NCBI GenBank assembly: GCA_054661495.1
Contig: BAAFSQ010000144.1
Span: 1 to 24,679, forward strand
Reading direction: 5' to 3'
Origin: Zygophlyctis sp. KS116
Taxonomy: Eukaryota; Fungi; Chytridiomycota
DNA: 24,679 nt
In this document: positions 1 through 9,827 of the stretch, one piece after another
Layout: the number at the start of each line of letters is the position of its first letter
Position numbering within the stretch: the first letter of the stretch is position 1
The notes under the pieces: model-generated
What the model saw: the letters and a program-made list of their open reading frames with translations, nothing else
What the model was told of the DNA's origin: nothing
The model's database searches: none
Program-made: the position numbers and the translations under genes

Positions 1-1816
1 AAAGAATCTCACAACGTTCTTCTATTTCAAGGATTTTTTAAAAAAGATTTTCAGGTATCTTGTTTTATTAATTCTAGTTTGATATTGTGTTCAAGTCTGG
101 ATTGGGTCAGAAATTGGGTAATTTTTGAAATTAAGAATTAATATAATAGACTTGAAGAGCAAAGACATAACAAATCTTATTAATATTGGGAATTCTGAAT
201 TTGATCAACGGTTTGAAAGGATCTACGGGCTCAAAGAAAAAGAATATGATTCTGAGCAAGTGGATTTTGCAAAAATGTTGCTTGGGAATATGATTGGAGG
301 TATTGGGTATATTGTTCTTTTTTTAAACTTAGATATTTTCATGGAAATAGTATCGTGGATAGAGCCATGGAGGGAATAGATGAATTTGCTCCTCTAGATT
401 ATGTGTCAGATGTATCGGACGAATATGAAGTAGACTATTTTGCAGATGAAAACTCAGATTCAAGTATTAAGACTTTTCAGAGACTAGCAAAACCTCAACT
501 GGAAGGTCCATTTTCATTATTTAGTGCAGTCCCTTCACGTCCTTTTTTTCCTCGAGGATTTCTTTGGGATGAAGGTTTTCATCAGTTTTTAATATCTTCA
601 TGGGATCCGGCGCTAAGGTATATTGTGATTTTAATGAAAAGTCTGGATATGATAGAAAGCTGGTTTAATTTGATGGATGATAATGGTTGGATTGCTCGAG
701 AGCAAATTTTAGGGGATGAAGCGAGAAGTAAAGTACCAGAAGAATTCCAAACCCAGTATCCTCACTTTGCCAATCCTCCTACTCTAGTTATGGCATTGAT
801 GACATTTTTTGACCAAGACAAACTTGTTGAAATAAAAGACTCGAAATTGGATTTAAGTGCAAAAGATTTAGAAGGTCTTCGTATATCTCCTTTTTCGGAT
901 TTAGAAGAGACAAAGGATAGAATGGAAATTATCTACAAAAAGCTCAAAAACCAATATACATGGTTTGGGAAAACCCAATGGGGAGATATTGATTCATATG
1001 GCAGAGAAAAAATTGACATTTCAAAAGGTTTTCGATGGCGTGGAAGAAAAGGAATTCATACTTTAACTAGTGGACTAGATGATTATCCTCGCTCAAATTC
1101 ACCACACCCTGGAGAACTTCATGTAGATTTGATGAGCTGGATGGGAATGTTTTCTCAAGTTTTGGCAAAGTTTGCTAAATTATTAAACCACAAATCTGAT
1201 CAGGATATCTTTACCAAGGAGCACGATCAGATTCTACACGATCTAAATTTACTCCATTGGGATGAATCATCTGGTGTATATTGCGATTTGTCTGTAGACT
1301 CTAATGGTAAAATTGTTTTTGATTCACTATCAGGAAAGTCTTATAAGATTGTTCATCAGGGATACGTAAACATTTTCCCATTTCTACTTGGTCTTATCCC
1401 CAAAGACTCTCCAAAGTTGGAAAAAATTTTAGGATTCCTAAGTGATCCAAAAGTTCTATGGACCTCTTTTGGATTAACGTCTCTTAGTCAATCGGACGAA
1501 TTATTTCAATCTGGAGAAAATTATTGGAGAGGACCCATTTGGATCAATATAAACTATTTAGCTTTACGCTCTTTATACAAGGTAGTTTTTAGATAAAAAT
1601 TAAAATCAGAATTATATTCACAGTGGTCCCTATCATGAACAAGCAAACAAAATTTACAACCAATTGCGTGATAACATTGTCAAGACTGTTTTTAATGAAT
1701 ACAAGAGAACTGGATATGTTTGGGAACAATACTCTCCTGATGGCCAAGGTAAGAGATCCCATCCATTCTCTGGATGGACAGCTCTAGTCACATTGATAAT
1801 GGCAGAGAAATATTAA
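1..1816 (+). CDS. CWH41: Mannosyl-oligosaccharide glucosidase (ER glucosidase I, GH63), 5'-partial; introns 55-77, 118-149, 307-332, 618-641, 1307-1333, 1582-1609
   Basis: GH63 motifs GGIGYFHG (after splicing), PSRPFFPRGFLWDEGFH, GWIAREQILG, SGLDDYPR, ENYWRGPIWININYL and C-terminal TGYVWEQY...HPFSGWTAL. Six 23-32 nt GT-AG introns join the frames; stop TAA 1814-1816. Confidence 0.95.
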
Positions 1817-1849
1817 TCTTTCGGAATAAAAAGGAATAAATCGTTCTTA

Positions 1850-3311
1850 ATGGAAGGGTAATTGTTTGGCTTGTAATCCACAGTGTTTCTGCATTTGAGG
1901 TTGAGCGAATCGTCGACAGTATACATGAAATCAGCATCCAAAGCTATGGCTCCACAGAATGGCTGAAACAGCACGAGAATCTTCAGAAATTGAATATTCA
2001 GGTAAACGCTTTGAGCTAAAATGAAAGGCGCATATCAATGCTACAAATCAAAATGAGGAATTTGTTACTGAAGCGCTATTAACCATGGGGAAAATGGAGC
2101 TGCTCGTGCATGAATTATTGGTTGCTGACGCATGGCAAATAAACGTGTTGCCTCTCATTTCAAAAGATTTGTCTGCTAAAGATACTTTAAGAACTTATTT
2201 TCTAGTATTTTAAACTCAGCTAACTGTAGCATTATCATGAAGCGGTTCTCATTAATTTGTTGGAAGTTGTATTTTTCAACAAGGACGCTGTTATTGCTTG
2301 TGGAGAATCGTTGATAGATTTGGTAGATTATTGCTTTAGGAAGATGAGCTATTTAAATTCAATTGAACATGAAAAGAGTTCTACTCGCAATGCTCAGGAA
2401 TTGATGAGTATGACTCCTCAGGAAAAATGGTCAGAAACAAGAAAAGAAATGGACTTTGGAATTGCTATTTCTTCTCTTTCAGTATTTCGTTATATCACTG
2501 ATCAAATTTCAAATATCCCTTTAAGTGTAATGTCAAGAATATTATTCTTCCATGAAATGGCATGCAGTTGTGTTTATTTAATAGAAAAAGCTCCATGGTT
2601 AAGAAAAGGGATGGATCAAAAAGTGTCTCGGTTTGAAAATGGTAAGTGGAATTTGGTTCCTACCTCGGATCTACCAAGATTATGTAAAATTGAAGCCCAG
2701 GTAAATTCTGAATTCTTAAACCAAGGTCTGGATTTCTTTATATAACATTTTATTAGAGCCTGAATGTAGAAAAAAATACGACTATAACGAATATAATAAG
2801 GAAGTTGTATTGCGTGTAAGTACTCACAAATTTGAATCTTAGTTAAAACCATTTGTTACATCAACTTTGATTGATCAATTGCCACCATTAGAAAATCTTG
2901 CACGATATTTGGAAGAGTTGTTGATTACGCAAGTTCCACAAGGTGCTTCTTTTGTAAAGAGAGGATCAGGAATTGAACAAGTTAGTTTTTCTTTAGAAAT
3001 TTAATTTATAGATTCCAGAGGTCATGGATTCCATTATTAATGGGATAGATTTCAAGCAGCTAGCAAAAGATCAGCTCAAATATCTGCTTGATGAGTCAGA
3101 AGAAATGCGCCAGGAAATTTCAAAAAGTATGGCCTCTATGTACAATATGGATGATATTGACATGCTCTTGGATGATCCAAAGTGTTCTAAATGCGGAAAT
3201 CCAGCGACACAGCGTTGTTCGCGCTGTAAAGGCGAATGGTACTGCAGTCGTCCTTGCCAAGTAAAGGCCTGGAAAATTCATAAAGCTATATGTGATATTC
3301 TGACTGAATAA
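1850..3311 (+). CDS. ZMYND10: Zinc finger MYND domain protein 10 (axonemal dynein assembly factor); introns 1858-1883, 2002-2027, 2205-2229, 2701-2725, 2816-2842, 2981-3011
   Basis: Spliced protein has YGSTEWLKQHENLQKLNIQA, HEAVLINLLEVVFF, DLVDYCFRK, KIEAQVWISLYN, LIDQLPPL and a C-terminal MYND finger CSKC...RCSRCKGEWYCSRPCQVKAWKIHKAIC. Confidence 0.92.
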
Positions 3312-3318
3312 AATTTTA

Positions 3319-5327
3319 TTAGACCATTTTTGATTCAACTAAAGAATCAATCAGCTTATTCCCATTTGTAATATTCGTGGTTAAAATTAAAAAATCCCTA
3401 TTTTCATAATATGTAGATAGAAAACGAATGGCCGCAATTTCAGTGTAAGTACATCCTCCAATAAAAACAATCAGACCAGTTTTTCTGATTGAAGAAGACC
3501 GCCGTGAAAAGTGATTTTCGTTGGAAGGCTGAATATTTTCAGACATCTCACCTGGTAAGACTTTTATGATCTCCTCCCATCCTTTCCAGCCAACAGAATG
3601 AGTTTTTTTCTTACCAGAATCCCCAGTTGAAGCCGCATTCTGATCGATTACAGCAATTGATTTAAAGTAACATATTTGAGCTAAACGTACTGTAACTGGC
3701 CTAGCATTAGAAAAAATGACGGTAAAATAATTACGCATAACCAGAATAGACATAAGAAATGTCATTAGGAGTATGTTCATTAACGTCATCAACAATGATT
3801 CGCAGCGACTTTCTGACCGTACTATAAATATTTTTTGCAGATTCTAAACATTTGAACAGCCCCACTTTCGAAAGATTATCAAACGTGAGGAGGTGATTAA
3901 ATCCATAAGTCTATGGTATTATTAAATAAAGCTACCTGGATGATTTCTTTTCGTAAGACGTCATACTGTTTTGGTTTGAGGCCACCGTTTATTAATGAGT
4001 ATATACATAGTAGTCGTAAAACTGCTCTAAATGGAGCTTGTCTAGCAATCAATTCTTCAATGTATTCTAAATGAGTATTACTCACAATCCCAGCAACGAA
4101 ATCTGTGCACTTTAACAAATGATAATTACTTTGCTGTATCTCTAGACATTTATTGAATTCTTGCTCAAGCGTGTGTTTTGTTATTTCTTCAGCCAGATTT
4201 GTATCTTAAAATAAATTTATAAAAAGTTACGTAACCTTAAAGACTGATGTTCTGATTGTAAAGTTCCCAGTTTACCAACAAAATCTTTAATCTGATTAAC
4301 CGTTTTAGCATGATGTCTTTCCTAAAAATTATAAAAAACCAATCCAACCTCGTATCCATCTACCAACTTCTTTGCATTCTAAAAAGTAAGTACTTAATAA
4401 AGATTACTTGGCGAAGTTCATTACCAACCAATGCAAAATTTAAATCCCTGAGATGAGAAAACAACTTATCGGATCCGCTTAAAGGAACTTTCTTTTCCTT
4501 ATTGGGACCTCCATAATGCGACCCCAAAAAAGACTGATCCACAGAAACAAAATCTAAAAAGCTAAGCATGATATAGACATACTTGTATTAATTCCAAAAA
4601 TTTCATCAATAAGCCCCTGATATGTTAATTGCGTGCACATTGGAGTAATTAAATCAGTTCCACGTTCAAGAATTAAAATTGAATCAAAATTCGTAGAATA
4701 AGTCGACTTGGAGTCATCAGTTTCTGTTCTAATTCTCAATAAATGATCAGCCAGTGCCTAACTATTAATTTCCAAGACTCCAACCTTTGAATAATCTCCT
4801 TTAGCAACTATTTTAGGGATTACCCCTACAGATTTTTGTAACTTGTTTATTGCTTGGGCAAGCGAATGTATGCAACTCGTATCTTTTCTTAAATATAGAT
4901 CAGCAAACGAATCATTTAGTTCCAAAGAATACACATCGTCATCCAAAGGAATCATATAGAGAGGAAACTCTGATATATGTACATCGCCATAAACACCTTC
5001 TTCCTCTAGAATTCTTTCACATAAAAGCGTCTTTTGTGGCACCATGAAGATTGAAATTTCACTCTTTTTACTAGTTATATGTTTCGAAATAATTTTCATA
5101 TTCTTAATAGTTGGCCTTGTCATATATATTAAACTCGGACAATCAGTATCTATTTCCTCTTGCAGATGATAAATCTTTTCGACTCCATGCTCCTTTAACA
5201 AGGTAAATTCCACTAATAATGATAACGGCCCAGAGAGTTCTAAATCCACAACTAGTCCCTTTTTACCTCTGATCGAATCTAGTACATTTATAAGATTCTG
5301 CCTTGCTTCCGCTTGAACGTCAATCAT
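3319..5327 (-). CDS. VPS33: Vacuolar sorting Sec1/Munc18 protein Vps33; introns 4758-4784, 4554-4582, 4379-4407, 4322-4348, 4205-4230, 4103-4129, 3911-3935, 3701-3734
   Basis: LDSIRGKKGLVVD..LSGPLSL, LILERGTDLITPMCTQLTYQGLIDE, LRDLNF, LRLLCIYSL, DISYVYSGYAP, VFIGGCTYTEIAAIRFL. Eight small GT-AG introns restore one frame and include a 30-nt exon (4349-4378). Confidence 0.93.
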
Positions 5328-5416
5328 ATAGACTTGGACCTACGTTTCAGGGCATAGGAAAACACTCAAGACTCTAAAATCATAAATAACAGTCCAAAAT
5401 CATTCTTCCTACTGTA

Positions 5417-6352
5417 TTAAAGATTGGGCTGTCCACTTAGGAAAAACCACTTATCAATTGAAGGATCAATAGCTGCAGCAGGTACACGAGATTCACTTGG
5501 TACAGAAGTATAAGTAGAATCATTAGAATCAACCTTGTAAGGAGAATCATCTACTGCAGTATTAACACTATAATTTTAAAATAAATGAATTACGTTTGAA
5601 TATCATATTTATCCGTCTTATTTGGGACTTTTTTCGTAATTAATTTCTTCCAAGATTCATTACATTCATGAATAATTTCATTTGCATATTTAGCATTCTT
5701 TGCTTCACCGTCAAAAGCAAAATTATTTTCAGGTTTACCATCTGGAATTTTATAAATTCTAAACCATTCATTTGTAGCCCTTAATAGACCTGGAAGGAAC
5801 CGTTCAACGTCTTCAATATCATTTAATTTTGAAGCCAAAGGATCATTAATATCAATCACTATAACTTTCCAATCAGTTTCACCTTCATCTAAAAGAGCCA
5901 TTGTTCCTAAAACCTTTACTTGTTTGACTTGTCCTGGAAATCCCACTGCTTCACCAATTTCACAAACATCCAAAGGATCATTATCACCTACAGCTTTAGT
6001 ATCAGGATGAGAAATAGTAGGATCTTCCCAAGTTTGAGGAAACGCTCCATAATTCCAAATATAACCATGATGAGGAAACACATTACGAACCTTGCTTTAG
6101 TATATCTAATCTTACAAATCGCAATTTTCCTTTTTTAGTATCCTGTTTTATGGGATTAAACGCATCCGATTTAGAAATTTCCATTTTAGCATTCGTCCAT
6201 CTGGGAATTTCGACAATCATATTCAATACTTTTTCAGAAGCAAAGAGAGGAATATCATGAAAAGGAGAAATCAAGTTTCCAGTTGAATTTTCGAGATAAA
6301 TTCGATGTTCTAGAGAATTAGCAGCTCCAACGATTCTAGTTCTGTAAGCCAT
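5417..6352 (-). CDS. IPP1: Inorganic pyrophosphatase (family I); introns 6091-6115, 5568-5593
   Basis: [67 protein letters not shown]-terminal IDKWFFLSG; ATG at 6352. Confidence 0.96.
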
Positions 6353-6364
6353 TTTTCCAGTCTC

Positions 6365-6443
6365 GATCCTACTACGGGCGGTGATCCTACTACGGCTGCT
6401 GATGATCCTACTACGGGCGCTCCTACCACTGATGCTACCACTC
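6365..6443. repeat. GC-rich minisatellite, core GATCCTACTACGG x3 plus 2 degenerate copies
   Basis: Exact 13-mer at 6365, 6383 and 6404; decayed copies near 6420 (CTCCTACCACTG) and 6431 (GATGCTACCACT). Lies in the 141-bp gap between divergent IPP1 and the CMT1-like gene. Confidence 0.9.
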
Positions 6444-6493
6444 AATGCACAACCTTGCGCTGGAACTGCCCCTCTGCGTCGACACTCTTACAA

Positions 6494-7847
6494 ATGTACA
6501 AAGTTTTATGTAAAAGAGGACTGTATGCCATTCTCTTGATAATTATAATTCAAATATTAAACATCTCAATAAAAGACACAATGTTTGAAAGGGATTTTGC
6601 CAAGGACGTTGGGAAATTTAGTAAGTTTAACTGAAATTTAGAAAATAGTGAGAGATTGTAAAGACTGCGCTCCGCCGATTTCACATTGTAAATTAACTCC
6701 AGTGTTGCTGCAAAGGTATCGGTCGTTGGCTAAAGATTCATCGTATTTATTTGCTGTAAATTTGTATAATTCAGAACATATACTGGGAAATCTAATCAAG
6801 GAATTGAAAATTGTTTTGGAATTTTTAGGAATTAATCATACAATGGTCTCGATTTATGAATCTGGTTCAAATGATAAGTCTAGGCTTTTGCTAAATATTT
6901 TTGCTCTAGAATTAGAAACTATAGGAATTTCTAATTTTGTTTCGACAGGAATGGATCGTGTGAATTGGGAAAAGGTTTTAAGGATTGAAGCTCTTGCAAA
7001 AATTAGGAATTATGCTTTAAAACCACTCTATGATGATGTTGAAAATGTATTAAAGAATCATTCTATACCTAAATTCAGCAAGGTTGTTTTCTTAAATGAT
7101 ATAGTATTTTGTGCATCAGATATTTTAGAATTAATTTTACAACAATCAAAATCAGGAGCTGTAATGGCATGTCCTTTAGATTTTGAAACTTTTCCTACAG
7201 TAACATCATTTTATGATTTATGGGTGACAAGAACAATGGCAGGAGATTTATTATATAATGCATTTAATGATTATAATGATGGAGCTTCAAATAAATCTAT
7301 TAGGAGAGATGATAGAGGAAAATTAAGATCTTCTAAATGGAATCGTAGAGATGGATCTAATATATTTTGGAAAGATCCTATAGGGAAATTTCGTGCATCT
7401 AAAGGGCTCCCTGTTCAAGTTTATTCATGTTGGAATGGAGGAGTTGTCATTGATTCTAGACCATTTTATGATTTTAATCTTAAATTTAGAGCTGGATATC
7501 GGAGTGAATGTAAAGAGTCTGAATGTTCATTATTTTCAAAAGATTTGTGGAAATCTGGATATGGGAAAATTGCAATAATACCAAATATTATAGTCTCTTA
7601 TTCTATAAAGCAATATTTGTATTTTAGGACAAAATGGGAAACTCTTAAATCTCCTCTAGAAACTCCCAAGCCTTTTTATGCCTCTCAACTTTCTATAGAT
7701 TACAAGTATAATGTCTCTTATCCTATTGATTGGAAGTCAATTCCTGCCTTGGTCAGATGTTTTGAGCTGGCTGAAATTGGTAATCGATATGTGAATTGGG
7801 TAGATACAGAGCTTATTGATCCTAGCATTGAATACAAGAATCTGTGA
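6494..7847 (+). CDS. CAP59/CMT1-like alpha-1,3-mannosyltransferase (GT69), type II membrane protein; intron 6621-6648
   Basis: N-terminal anchor GLYAILLIIIIQIL; FAVNLYNSE, VSIYESGSNDKS, RIEALAKIRNYALKPL, VFLNDIVFC..DILEL, FYDLWVTR, PVQVYSCWNG, SECSLFSKDLW. A 28-nt phase-1 intron joins exon 1 to ORF 6648-7847. Confidence 0.88.
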
Positions 7848-8035
7848 TTTTTCATAATTTTATTATTTATTTATTACTGTAAATCATTAGTAGGTCCTTT
7901 ATGTTTATATTCAAAATCAAACATTGAGTAAGACATCACAACATGATTATAAAAGAACTAAATTACCCGGGTCTCAGAATTATCTTCAGCCGATTGATAT
8001 CTAAGACAAGAATTGCAGACGAAAAATCCTTAAAA

Positions 8036-8179
8036 ATGAAATTGATTCTCATTGCCTCGGTTCAGATAGCAAATTCTTATCGACTTGACCCGGCCATTGT
8101 TGGTAAAAATGCGGGGTGTGTTCCCCCATTCGTAATATGCAAATATGGACTTACTTGCAGTAATCATGTTTATAAGTAA
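8036..8179 (+). CDS. Possible small secreted cysteine-containing peptide (47 aa)
   Basis: ATG in AAAAATG context; hydrophobic start MKLILIASV; C-x6-C-x5-C pattern (CVPPFVICKYGLTC). No recognisable family. Confidence 0.3.
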   Translation: MKLILIASVQIANSYRLDPAIVGKNAGCVPPFVICKYGLTCSNHVYK

Positions 8180-8236
8180 ACTTTCCTTTATTTTAAACTA
8201 TTGCAATTTTAAGAAATAAATTCAGACACTTTTAAA

Positions 8237-8293
8237 AATTACTCATAATTAGACTTGCAAGCTAAAAATAAGTGCGAGTGGCGTCATTAATTG
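8237..8293 (+). repeat. 57-bp direct repeat, left copy
   Basis: AATTACTCATAATTAGACTTGCAAGCTAAAAATAAGTGCGAGTGGCGTCATTAATTG, identical to 9745-9801. This explains why ORFs 8272 and 9780 both begin MRVASLI. Confidence 0.97.
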
Positions 8294-8298
8294 TCAGA

Positions 8299-9617
8299 AT
8301 GAATTTAGAGGAAGATCTTAGAGAAAATAAGGAATCCATTAAAGAATTGACAGCTTCTATCAAAGAATGTGAGGCAGAAATCAAAGCGTTGAAAAAGGAC
8401 ATCCAGCAGCTAAAAGATCAAAAACAAACGGCCAATACAGATAGAGAATTGGAAAAGATTGAAAATAGCTTGAATGGATTAAGACTAGACTTATCATTAG
8501 CTGAACAACATCTCACTGGCTTGAGAAGTGACAGGGGAAATTTCATGGAAGCAAGAACTACTGTGCTCAAACTCCAAGCAGAGGAAAAATTCCAGAATTC
8601 ATCAGTCCATACTTCCCTTAATGAAGGCTTTGAATACAATTGTCGCCAGGATTTGCAAAAAGAACTCTGGCAACTTTTTCAAGTTGGATTGGCCGACCCA
8701 AAGTATTATTTCCAATCATCAAGGAAGCTGGTGGACAAAGAGGTATTAGAAATTGTCAAAAAGCATTATCCCAAAAAGTTCTCTGGGGAAATCGATATCT
8801 TTTTGTATGCCAATCCAAACCTCCCTTGGAAGCTTCATTCATTGGAGAATACTGCACCGAACTTGCATCCTTTCACCATACAAACCCCGGAATCTCCAAA
8901 ATGGTCAACAGCCATTGAATCTCTTAATCAATCTACACCATATAACTGTCCTATCACACCACCTTCATCTCAATATAATTTGGATCAAGACGTGCGTGAA
9001 GCCCAAAACAATCTCCGTGCCGTCGCCACAATGTATGTGGTGTTCGAGGCCACTCACTCCAACAAAAATCTACCTTCTAAATTAAAACAGTTGGAAGTAC
9101 AGCTGGCGTATGTCATTATTCGATTTCACCTTCAAAACTCGATAAAAATTCCATCTGAGAATGTCGAATTTAAAGCATTTATTGCCCAAGAGGTATTGAA
9201 GCTGATTGCCTTTGCGGGAGTGGTTATAGTTGAAGGAGATTCTTCAAAATTGTTTCAACAAACTCATGGCGCCATCTATGATAATGTAACCCCCTGCCCA
9301 GCTCTAGCTTCACTGTATAAGAATGGGCGCTTATGTTACTTTAATGGTGCTACTTATCCAGGTCGATTGTCTTTGGTAGAAGCAAAAGTTGAATCTTTGT
9401 GCTTTAATAAAGGCACTTTGAAGATATGCAAAAGTTTTATGATGCAATGCGTGATAATGATTGTGATAATGAAGACATTCGAATTATTTCCGATGTATTT
9501 CAGAAACAAAGAATTAAGGTGAAACAATTACAACGCTTGACGGATGAAAAATTGGAGAAATATGGATTCAAACAAGGAGGCCTCCGGGAAGCCATTTTAG
9601 CAGTTTTAGGAAAATAA
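8299..9617 (+). CDS. Intronless coiled-coil + restriction-endonuclease-like + SAM-like protein (Crinkler-effector-like architecture), with an apparent -1 frameshift near 9413-9421; possibly a pseudogene
   Basis: About 95-aa heptad coiled coil, then GFEY..R / GEIDIFLY / VVFEAT / KLKQLE..L (order of PD-(D/E)xK motifs). The adjacent frame 9426-9617 encodes a SAM-like LTDEKLEKYGFKQGGLREAIL. I found no intron of the local size class that joins the two frames. Confidence 0.55.
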
Positions 9618-9744
9618 AGCCGGATGTCAGAAAATTCTTTTATATTGATTGATTCAATACCATTTATTCCTCGGCGTAATATTCTTAGCCATAAGGAATA
9701 AATCTTTATTTTACCATCTTTCGCCATCAACTTTTAATATTGGC

Positions 9745-9801
9745 AATTACTCATAATTAGACTTGCAAGCTAAAAATAAGTGCGAGTGGCGTCATTAATT
9801 G
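9745..9801 (+). repeat. 57-bp direct repeat, right copy
   Basis: Identical to 8237-8293 (offset 1508 bp). Confidence 0.97.
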
Positions 9802-9827
9802 GACGGACGTTTTCTTTCAGATTAAAA

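Noticed and set aside
5347-5355. Two-codon uORF (ATG CCC TGA, minus strand) 19 nt upstream of VPS33
   Set aside because: Expected by chance and may lie upstream of the TSS; no supporting evidence.
8294-9744. Helitron, LTR/TRIM or TIR-transposon identity for the repeat-flanked cassette
   Set aside because: It starts with TC but has no CTRR end or terminal hairpin; the repeats lack TG..CA ends, PBS/PPT and outer TSD; no TIRs.
8237-9801. CRISPR-like array
   Set aside because: Only two repeat copies 1.5 kb apart in a eukaryotic context.
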